DNA from: Perna viridis
Lineage: Eukaryota
Assembly (NCBI GenBank): GCA_037379345.1
Contig: CM074515.1
Coordinates: 10,664,001 to 10,728,000 of the forward strand
Direction of reading: 5' to 3'
Length of the DNA: 64,000 nucleotides
Below are positions 40,101 to 50,172 of the stretch, in pieces. How positions within the stretch are numbered: the first letter of the stretch is position 1; the number at the start of each line of letters is the position of its first letter. Made by a program: the position numbers and the translations under genes. The notes below the pieces were generated by a model. The model worked only from the letters and a program-made list of their open reading frames with translations. It was not told the origin of the DNA and made no database searches.

Positions 40101-40682
40101 ATACAAATAGTACAAATTTTTATATCACATATAAACAAGTGATACAAATTGTGTAATTATTAATAATGTGATATCACATTTCCTGACTTTTATAGAAATT
40201 TCAACACTGTTAGAAATAACTGGTGATGTCTTAAATTGCAAAGGAAATACAAGTTTATATAACATAGTTGTTTTGTAAGCATAGCAGTGATATGTTTGAA
40301 ACAAATATCACTGACCGAGGGTTTTTTCAACATTCTTGACTACCTTGTAGGGTCTCGCACAGACAGTCATACAGTACCCATACTCAAGCTATTTAAGGTA
40401 GATCATACCTATTATTACACTAAGCATTCTTTTCTGTCATCTTACAAAGTCATAAAGAAGTATGTATTTTCAGTAAGCAAATAGTGTTTGAAAGTATATA
40501 TGTAAAACTGTACATTATCTTTTAATAATTTAAAATACATACATTATATATTACTTAAAACTATGTATGGTAAAATTGCAAACATTTATTTTAAAAGGTC
40601 TTTATCAAGGGGGAGAAAAATGGCGAGAAAATGTTCTGTAGAAAAGTAATAGGGGAATTTAGATATTTTGATACTGCATGAA

Positions 40683-40790
40683 AGAATAATCAAGGGAACC
40701 AAGGTTATAGCGGTAATCAAAAGAATGTAATCCAGGGACAAAGACCAGACATGGAATATAAACATACACAACAAAGAACATAAAGTAACT
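40683..40790 (-). mobile_element. 3'-terminal ~108-bp fragment of the PLE
   Basis: Near-identical reverse complement of ~244-346, with the same terminus. Confidence 0.85.
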
Positions 40791-42235
40791 GAAAAAAGTC
40801 CCCAGTTTTCTTTTTTGATTTGAAAGAATATCAGATAAGTATTATTTATACTGATTTTAAAGGAATGGTAGATATAAGTTTTTAATGGTTTACAAAACTG
40901 TAAAAATTCCCTACAGAGTCCATTAAGGAGTAGACATCTCGAAATCAAGTCAGGGGATGTATGTTTTTATATAAAAAAATTTATAGAATGATAATTTAAT
41001 ATCATATTTGAGAAAAAATTGAAAAAGTTACCAGGTCTGATCTATCCCCATTACAAAATAAAAACAGAATATCCTCTTTCGTGTAACTTATAATTTTCCC
41101 ATAAGCTTGATAGCTTAACTCATTGATTATGCTTCATTTTTTTCTAGAATTGTTCACATATTATTATCATATGCCCTAGTTATTTGGTGTTGAAAATTGG
41201 TTTCTATGAAAGGTGATTACCCACAAAAGTGTTCTGTTTTTGTGGTGTGATTATTTTCATTATTTCCATACTGGAAAAATATTATGAAAAATAGAACTTG
41301 TGGAATAGCCTTTTACACTGATATGATTGTAGGCTTGCCTTTTAGGAATAGTGTTGATTGTACTTAAATAACATTTGACCCCATTGATAATGCACCGCTA
41401 TGTTTTTACGTCTCTGATGTCTTCACCAACAGGACTATGTTAGTCTTCTTATATCACACGCTGTGTATTTGCATTAAAAGTTCAAACAATCACTTCCTAA
41501 CTGCTTATGTAATGTCTAAAATATGTCACTTCTCACAAAAGAATTTTGAGCCATTAATGTTTCAGAGCATCAACACATATGGGATGTTTCTGAGAATACT
41601 GACATTCAAAACCTATAAAATTATAACTATTTTTCAAAATTGCTTTAATGAGAAAAAATGTCCACAAGCGAATCTGGGAAAGTATGCCACAGTTAAGATT
41701 AAGATGCTAACAGTATAAAATATATCAGTTCATCCGTATGGTACTGTATTTAGTTCTAACAATTTTATTTTTTGAAATCTAAAATAGAATAGACAATGAA
41801 AAAAAGCCTGTTTTAATCTTCCTGATATAAATTCAGCATGACTCCATTAGGACCAGACTATAATGCTATATTGGTCTTTATCAAGGAGTATATATGGTAT
41901 TGTTACTTTATTTAGAAATTTTTCTTTGAATTTGTGATTTATGTAATTTTATTTCATTACATATTCAAAATGTTTTCACATGAATTCACCTGATTGATTG
42001 ATTCAAGTAAATTATTTCTGTTATGGATTTAATTTGACGACCATAAAAAATGAATATGTTATGAGGGAATGTGAACATTATATGACCGTGTTTTGGCATT
42101 CTTGCCCAAATTGTCTTTTTACCAGGGTTGTGTGCCCACTGTGTTATTTTTTCTGATGATATAGCATCAGACATTATTGGCAATACTTGGTGATTTCTTA
42201 GGTTCTTGTTTGTTAAAGTAAATTGTTACTATGAC

Positions 42236-42430
42236 ATTTTTTATCCCCAATCAAAAGTTGCATGTCTGTCTGTCCACCCATCTGTTTGTGTGTCTGTCTG
42301 TTTTGATGGTTTCAGATGATAACTTTTTAAGATATTGAAGGATGTTTTTCAAACTTTGTATATTTTTTTTAGTATCATAAAATACAGATCAAGTTTGAAT
42401 TTCAGTTTGATTGGGATTTTATTTTTACAC
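42236..42430 (+). mobile_element. 5' part of another HINE-like family
   Basis: TTTTTTATCCCC start, (GTCT)n microsatellite, then a body resembling the 8095 element (TACAGATCAAGTTTGAATTT). Confidence 0.45.
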
Positions 42431-42715
42431 AACAGCATTTTTGAAGTTGTTTTCACCCCAAAAATGGTTTTTGCAGCATGGCGTAGTATCATTCAAAGTA
42501 CCATTTGATGCCAGATTTTTATAGTATAATTTTGTATGTCAAAAGCATATATTTATAAGTTTTTTTTTCTGCTGAAGATATGTTTTTTTACTCAAATTAA
42601 GGAGCTGTAGTAAAGGTGTAAAGTGAGCTTCCTGGATTTCTTTGGTTGGTTTTGATAATATACACATGGTCTTGCTACATAATGTAGATTAACAATGGGT
42701 GATATAACAAATATC

Positions 42716-43480
42716 TTCCGTATTCAGGGTGTTCAGTCTATGGTGTTCCATTAGAGCATATTCCAGTGCATCGAATATGAGATGTTCCGTTTGAGAAAAA
42801 AAATTCTGTATTCCAGGGCATCTAAACTACACTGTTCCATTATAAGATTTTCCAGGTTTATCCAATGTAATAGCCATGTGCAGGTCCGGGTGTCAAAAGA
42901 ATAGGCCTGCAGTAGCGCTAAGCTTGTCGTAAAAGGCGACTAAATAGTGCTCAGAAACCTAGCGCTAGGCACCCTGCCCACAGAGCAACTGGGATGTGTG
43001 CCCGAGGTGATGGAATGGGGTACCCCTGGCATGTTACATGCTGGGGTTGTCAGGCTATAATACGGAAAACCTTACCGCAAACCATAGTGGTGCACCGTGT
43101 TGGGAAAGATACCAAGTTCCTCACACGTTAAAGAACCCTGCTGTGGTATTCGAGAGGAGTAGGAACCTTTGTGCTCTGCCACAGGAGGCTAAATTGCCCG
43201 ACCTTACCCATCCCTCCCATTTTATTTTGTGGCAATCAAATTTGTCGACCCTATTATCCTCGTGTCCTATCCCATTTTTCATTTCATGTTCATTTTATCA
43301 TCCATTTCATGTTCATCGCCTGAATATAGCTGAAATATTGCTGCTTGGACATAAAACCCCACCAATCAATCAATCCAATATGATACGTTCCATTATAAAA
43401 TTTTCCAGGTTTATCCAATATGAGATGTTCCATTAAAGGAGATTCCATAGCATCAAATATAAGATGTTCTATTAGAGGAA
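42716..43480. repeat. Degenerate ~40-bp minisatellite split by the SINE-like insertion
   Basis: TTCCAGG...ATCCAATATGAGATGTTCCATTA units on both sides of 42867-43372. Confidence 0.75.
42867..43372 (+). mobile_element. Young SINE-like non-autonomous retroelement with a structured non-tRNA head, Deu/Nin-like core and (CAAT)n tail
   Basis: GC/CpG-rich island. Target-site duplication ATCCAAT (42860-42866, 43373-43379). CACGTTAAAGAACCC...TCGAGAGGAGTAGG (43124-43163) resembles the Deu/Nin SINE domain as I recall it. 3' end TGAATATAGCTGAAATATTGC...ACCAATCAATCAATC. No Pol III A/B boxes seen. Confidence 0.8.
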
Positions 43481-43689
43481 ATCAAAGATGAATCAAATCT
43501 TAGTGAATACTTGGCAGATCCATAGTCAATTAAATTTTATATGTTGTTCAGTAGACGGTACAAATGTTTCATTTTCTTTCTACCACATGAGTAGTCATAC
43601 TTAACAAATTCAAAGTCATTTTTATAGTTGATTTCATGCTCATTGGGACACTGGTTTGGTGATAAAGCCAACAAATTAGTCTGGAAATC

Positions 43690-44180
43690 AAATGTTCAAT
43701 GGACTGTTATCATCAGTAGATAACTTAACAGGGAACCAGGCTATATACCAGCAATTATTGGTAAATAACTGGGAATTCTTCACTCCATGATCACTCACAT
43801 GCAAGGACTCTTTAATGGTTTCATTGATAAAGAGATGTCTGAGATAAGCCATATATACTATGGTGTGTCTTTTTTTGGTGGTTAGACGCAGCATGGCACC
43901 ATGTAAAATGCCCAAAGCTTTGATTTGGCTGATTTCTAAAAAGACATCCTTTGCTGGCACAGTGAATAATTGCAAACTCTTTACAACAGTATCATGCAAT
44001 GGTTCTGTAATGTTTTGATTGATGTATTGATGTCTGGGAGAGGCTTAATATGTCTGGCTTCTTCCGCTTCATTCCAGACACACCATAACCCTGTGTTAAC
44101 CCTTTTATATGTTTAGTTCCTTTAATGTTCTGATATTTATTAAAATGTGCCTTTACCTCCTGAATATTAAACACGTGGGT
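43690..44180 (-). pseudogene. Decayed coding fragment with an internal 65-codon duplication, origin unknown
   Basis: RHQYINQNITEPLH-DTVVKSLQLFT (44035-43961) versus RHLFINETIKESLHVSDHGVKNSQLFT (43840-43760), same frame, with several synonymous third-position differences. Confidence 0.5.
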
Positions 44181-44761
44181 ATTACTGCTAAAAAAGTAAA
44201 ATTGATTTTAATTGACTTCTAGTACATTTTAATTTAATTAATTTGCACATTGGTAATTTTTATAAGTTGCATCTCTGCTTGTGCTCTCTAGTTAGTATTT
44301 TTTGGTTTTTGATATTTTTATACTTCATTGGATAGTCAGTCATAATAAACACATGAACTAAAGGAACAACATGAATCCTACCAATCATTGTGTTCCAGAA
44401 GGGTTAGCAGTTCTTGCTTCTTCCTGTACTGCTTATTTATCAAGGTCATGTTTGGGATGAAAGGTGGCAATGAGATGTATTTCATTTGTCAGATTTAAAA
44501 CAAGAACAGTTCATTTTGGTCAGTCAGACTTTAGTAACACCATTTGAATTTTGGAGTGATGACTTTAATCTGTGAAAAAGAAGTGTCACTATATAGGCAT
44601 GGGAAAGTTGTGGTGGTTGAAATAGAGTTTAGTAGATAGCTTTTGTCTTCTATCATTCAAGAAAAGACTTCTGACATTTTAGGATGTGCATAATGGAAAT
44701 TTTCATAACAGATTTCTCAGCTTCTATTGAATGCTTAGATATTTGGTGTTTTGCTTTTTAA

Positions 44762-45427
44762 CCCTTGTTGTGTTCTGTCTGGACCTTTACAGGATTTGCC
44801 CTTGTTCTGCTTTATTGGTTCTGGCAGTGTTAATCTTAGTTCAGGAAAGCACAATATGTGTCCATCTGCAAGCAGCGTGACTGTACTTTAAAATGAGGCT
44901 ATGTGATGTCAAATTTATTTAAAAATAATGACTTGAGAGCTGAAAGAAGAAGTCATGAGTTTCCGCTGTCCCAAAAATTGAAATTTTTCAGGGAGTAGGG
45001 TTCACTTCTCAGCCCCTCGCCTGAGCAAAATTAATCTGTAGTGCTCCAGTTTGCCAGGAATCAAAATAAGAATGATGTCTGTCACCACCATTTCTATGAC
45101 CCCCACTTGTAAAGAACCTTATGGCTTCAGTGGCCTACATGGAGTATAGGTTGTGGGATGAATGTGCTTTGGTTCCTGTTTTGTTCCTGTTGAACCCTAC
45201 TTGTAGCAAAAAATGGCCAGAAATGGACAAAAATAACCATTTTCCATTAAAAAGACCCATTTTACTGCATTGGCTCATCCATGCACCCACCCTGTGATCA
45301 ACCATCTTTAACTTATATATAACAGCATCAGTACCATTGTGTAACTAATTTGCATATAATTTGCATAAGTTTGCAAAATATCAAATATCTAAACTTTATT
45401 TTTCAAAAATATTCAGCGTGACAATGG
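44762..45427. mobile_element. Degenerate piggyBac-like non-autonomous element flanked by TTAA
   Basis: TTAA-CCCTTGTTGTG at the left end and CGTGACAATGG-TTAA at the right (imperfect TIR). Homologous to 1100-1828. Confidence 0.65.
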
Positions 45428-45715
45428 TTAATGATATCTTGTGCTGTGTTTCCCATTATCATGTTCCTCTCTCATCTACTTCCTGTTTTTTCCATAGACT
45501 CAGCAGTTTCATAGGTGATGTATAATGGAAATTTTTGCAACAGATTTCTCAGCTTCTATTGGAGGGGGAATACTTGGATTTTTGTTGCATTGCTTAAAAT
45601 TGCATGATTGATTGTACTGTGTCTCCACTTTCCTTGTTTGACAGAATTGGTGGAATGAGGTAATCTTGGCATGAAATAGCATGCACATGTTATTTTGTAT
45701 AGCAAGTGTCAAAAT

Positions 45716-46110
45716 TATTATACCCAATCCAATAAATTTGTGCAGGGTACATGTATAATGTTTTTGACAGATCTATTAAATTTTCATCACTACCTTGTGA
45801 GTGCAACTTTTCTTAAACTGCATGTCTGATTTTATTTTTCATATTAAGTAGGATGTGTTGTTTTAAAATGTTAAGATGTGCATATTATACCTCTATTATG
45901 ATTTAACAAATTTTGTAGGAGTTATGAACTATTTTCAGCTGTTCATAGTGGCAAAATAACTTGTGAGTGCCACTGGACCGATTCCTTCAATAATTTGGTA
46001 GGATGTGTTGTTATAATGTGAAGATGTGCATAATATACCCCCATATTGATTCTACAGACTTTGTAGGTGTTTATGGACTATTTTCAACTGTTCATAGTGG
46101 AAAAATGATT
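45716..46110 (+). mobile_element. HINE-like element with two 166-bp internal repeats
   Basis: TTATACCC...GGGTA 5' hairpin. TTGTGAGTGC at 45795 and 45961, followed by duplicated GTAGGATGTGTTGTT..AAGATGTGCATA..CTGTTCATAGTGG. Confidence 0.6.
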
Positions 46111-47167
46111 TATTTGCCTTTATAAGTCTATATTGATACATTGGTGCTTCGGCACAGTCTAAATACCATATAAATCAGAAATGCTTATAATGGATTTGTG
46201 AATATTTGTCATTTCTTTGATTACCTCATTTATCTTAGGAATCACAGACTGGTCACTCGATCTCAGGTTATGTAATGTAATCTGGGTACCATCAAACAGG
46301 CAATCAGTCTGTAGACTGATACTAGCCATACAAGCAAAGGACCAGTCATCAATCATTCTGATCTATCAGCATGCATCATTTGTCCCTATTGAAATTGTTT
46401 GTATAATTTGAATTTGATGATAAAGTTTATTTGTGATTATATAAACATTCAAATGATTCACAGCAATATGTATTTTTACATTTTATAGACATTGATAGAT
46501 GCCATAGAGCTAAATTGGATGGTGATGATATGATGATAAAATCTCTGAATGGCTTATTGAGATGAATAGGGCTTATACATTCATAAATATATACATTATT
46601 GTTTTTTCATGAAGATACTGTGACAATAATGTAGGTTTTAAATGTTCTTTTGAAACATTTTTACCTGTTAAGTCCAACCTGACGATCGTGTCATATAAAT
46701 GGAACTTGGCAGTTGTCAGGCATAGTTCCAGAATTTTCTGTTACTGGGGAAGTTTCAAGGCTTTTGATATTTCATAAATAGTTTGCATGCATTGACTGCA
46801 CTCACGCCTGGTTGCACCCAAATAGCAGCTAAGAATTAGAGAGGGCTTGATGTTCCATATTGCATGTCTTGGATATGAATTTCATGCTATTAAAAATCTA
46901 AGGCATGAAGTTTTAGCTTTATTTGTAATGTATATTTTTTTACAGTCTGGGGTGATTTTTGTATGTGGGTATATGTTAGTTTCTTAGATGACATGTTTAC
47001 ATGTTGTCTTGAAATTTGACAGTTAAAAAAAATAACATGTTTTAGAAGCTTTAATTCTCATTATCTCATGTTGTACCATTTAGTCTATTATTATATCAGC
47101 ACTAATGCTGAGAGCTAATATGGTTTCAAATTCCAAATGATGGTTTTAAGTACAAAAAAAAAGGTTT

Positions 47168-47516
47168 AACAAGCTTAGATGTTTGTTATTTGTCTTAGAA
47201 AATAAAGTGTGTCTTTTGGATTAATAAGATCAGTAACAAAGGCCTGCACCAGATAAGCAAAAGTAAGAGCATTGCATTAGAAATCAAGCAAAGAAGAAGA
47301 CAATTGCTATGACATGTAATGCCCAGAACAGAACACCCAAGATAGCTCTTCATTGGACACCACCTGGAATGAGAAAGAGAGGTAGGTGAAGAACTGTAAC
47401 ATTTGAGTTTGACTACTGATGGGACAAGTGCAGTTTGTGGCAAAAGACAGAGGTAGATAGTGGCTACTTATGGAAGCCTAATGTCCCATACGGGATGAAG
47501 AGGGTAAGTAAGTAAG
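47168..47516 (+). mobile_element. 3' end of an RTE-clade LINE (decayed)
   Basis: Translates across frameshifts as CLRK..VFWINKISNKGLH..IALEIKQRRRQLL*HV..TPKIALHWTPPGMRKRGR..GQVQFVAKDRGR*..EA*CPIRDEE, the typical RTE C-terminus, followed by a (TAAG)3 tail. Confidence 0.85.
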
Positions 47517-49784
47517 CTGATATGTAGAGTCTATGGAACCCTATTGACAGGGGACGACATTTACAGTATAGATTCTGTCACTGATAAGGTGATTGCAGCT
47601 TGTACAAACAAGGTATGTTTAGATACACCATCATCACAAGTTTCATGTTTCATATTATAGAGTTTGAGTCTGAATTCAATTGTTTCCATTTAATTCATTG
47701 AATTTTATGGTATTGAAGGTAACTGCCATCTACATATAGCCTAATGTGTATTCTTGCATTTCTATTGAATGTGATAGTTCAACTACAACTTGAAAAAAAA
47801 TCATGAAAACCAGAACTTATCAATTACAAGATTTCTATTCTACTTTTATTACCAACCAATGCTTTGTGGTTTCCAATTAATTCCCTGGTGTTGAGTTAAT
47901 TGCCATAAAAATTCAGTTTTAGTAGGTAATATTAGCCTGTGTATGTATATACATTTCTTTCAGCACAGAGAATCTTTCTTTTCAGCATAAATCGGGTAAA
48001 GTTGTGCTGTATATATAATATAAGAAACCATATGTGTGTCTGTTTTCTTAGTGAACCATGCTTGTTCTTTCTGGTTTTGCTAATTTAATGCATTTTTGAT
48101 TATTTTAGCTGCCAGAGGGTCAACCCATTATGATCTTTCTATGAGAGTCTATAATTTTATATGAACAGCTCTACGAGGAAATAATTCCTGTTTGTCTTCA
48201 ATAGGAATTATGTACTTTAAGTTGATAATTGGTCTTACAACATCTTTAAGAAACAGGATACATTCATATTTCTTTTGTTCTTTAACATAATGTGTAATGA
48301 TTTTTATATCATGTCTTTAAACAGATGTACTATAATATGCCTGTGTTTATCCTTCTGCTCATTCATTAATTTTTTGATAGTTTTTTTTTTATAATTTTGT
48401 AGAATGTTACAGTGTGTAAAATGGTAAACTTCAGGTAATAAAGTGAACTGCCTTAGGACAATTAACAAGGAGATTTTAGTTTCTATTATTCCATTGATAT
48501 TTGTATCTTTGTCTTATAAAAAGTTTAAGTCTCAATTGTCCATTTAGCTACCTAAGATGTTACATTAGGTGATTCAAGAAAACACCAACTCCATCCTCTG
48601 AAGTTATAACTGTTATATTTGCTATAATCTTGCTGGGAAGCTGCAGTTCTTCTCTCAACTCAATGCTGCAGTAACTATAAAGAGTCCAGTAATCATTATA
48701 TACCTGTATCTGATGATTTGGAACATCAAAACCTTTCAGGTGAACATGTAAGAATCTGGTCTATAATTCTTTCCATTACATGATCATTTATTGTGGTCAC
48801 TTACTCCATATGTTAACAAATGGTTATCCATGTAAAATGCTTAGCTTGACAGTTTCATTGCTAAGTTTTCTACATAGATATTTTACTCCTGGTGTTTTGC
48901 TGCTGCCATTTTAGCATCTGTGATCCCTGTGCCAACCACTTGAATCAGTTTACAATAACACAGTGTTAATATAGGAGATTGATTGATGTAAAAACACAAG
49001 ATAAAATCACTGTGCAGATAGTCAGGTATTTAGCTTCTACCTTCTTCTACCATTGTTTATTTATCTTTACTTATCTAAAAATCTCTGCTCAATAAATTTA
49101 GGATGAAAAAGGGATTTCGAAGATTTACAGAAAGTGATTATAATCAAGTTAGAAATGAGGGTTCCTGTTATAGTTGTCTGGTTTCATGCAGCTATCTAGC
49201 TGTGGTGTATCTGTCTGTTAGGAAATTGTTTTATGTCTAAGACATCTAGAAATGACTGAAATAATATTGTATTATCATATATATTTTCTGTTCAAGCACC
49301 AAGAATTTAATTAGTTAATCATGGTGTGTCCCATGTATGAATTGTTTCATGTTCATGTGTCATGTTTTTGATGTTTCTGTATTGCTAAATCCTACTTAGT
49401 ATTGGTAATTATGCTTAGTTTATGAAGTTCTTTTTCTGCTGAATACTCAATAATAGATATGGTATAATCATACTTGTTCTGACGACTTACTCCATGTTGG
49501 ACGTGGTATAATCATGCTTTGTCAAACTGTCAGGTATTGTTTGATAGTAGGTATCTAAGTTGGAAATGAAGTAATCCAGCAAAGGTGAAACATGATGTGT
49601 TTTGTTTTCTTGGTATATCTCTCAACCTCCAACCCCACTGCCATGCTTATAGAAACCATAACTACTATACATCAACTTCGGTATAAAGGGCATAAGTTGG
49701 ATCCAGAGTGAATACAACATTATACTATCGTTTGATGAACCAAGCACTGATTTGCCACTGCTATACCTCCATTCTTATATCTAA

Positions 49785-49988
49785 ATTGACCACTGCTGTA
49801 CCTACATTGACCACTGCTTTATCTACATTGACCACTGCTGCACCTACATTAACCACTGCTATGCCTACATTGACCACTGCTATATCTTCATTCTTATATC
49901 TACATTGACCGCTGCTATACCTACATTGACCACTGCTGTACCTATATTGACCACTGCTATACCTACATTGACCACTGCTATACCTACA
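49785..49988. repeat. 21-bp minisatellite, ~9 units (ACCTACATTGACCACTGCTAT)
   Basis: Direct periodicity; it explains the TLTTA-repeat and CRYSSGQ-repeat ORFs. Confidence 0.95.
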
Positions 49989-49999
49989 CAATGGAAAGT

Positions 50000-50172
50000 T
50001 ACAGTGAAACCTTTATAAACCAAGCTATCAATTAATTAGAAACTTTCTTACATCTTTTTGGCCCTTTCGTATAATTTCTAATGCATTGTGAACCAGGGTA
50101 AACTTAATACCTGCTGAACCTAAACAAATCCTTCTATCAGGGAATCATTTATTTAATATGGGGTTCACTATA
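50000..50172. mobile_element. Degenerate TA-flanked MITE (TACAGTGAAACC type)
   Basis: TACAGTGAAACC ... GGGTTCACTATA inverted ends. Confidence 0.6.

Noticed and set aside
42925-42975. GTCGT..GCGAC-TAAATAG resembles pistol ribozyme P1 and junction
   Set aside because: No downstream complement to the loop for the required pseudoknot, and TAGTGCT pairs better upstream.
43038-43436. 132-aa ORF
   Set aside because: Lies within the SINE-like element and runs through its tail into the flanking minisatellite.
49708-49991. Mucin-like TLTTA ORF and antisense repeats
   Set aside because: Products of the 21-bp minisatellite.
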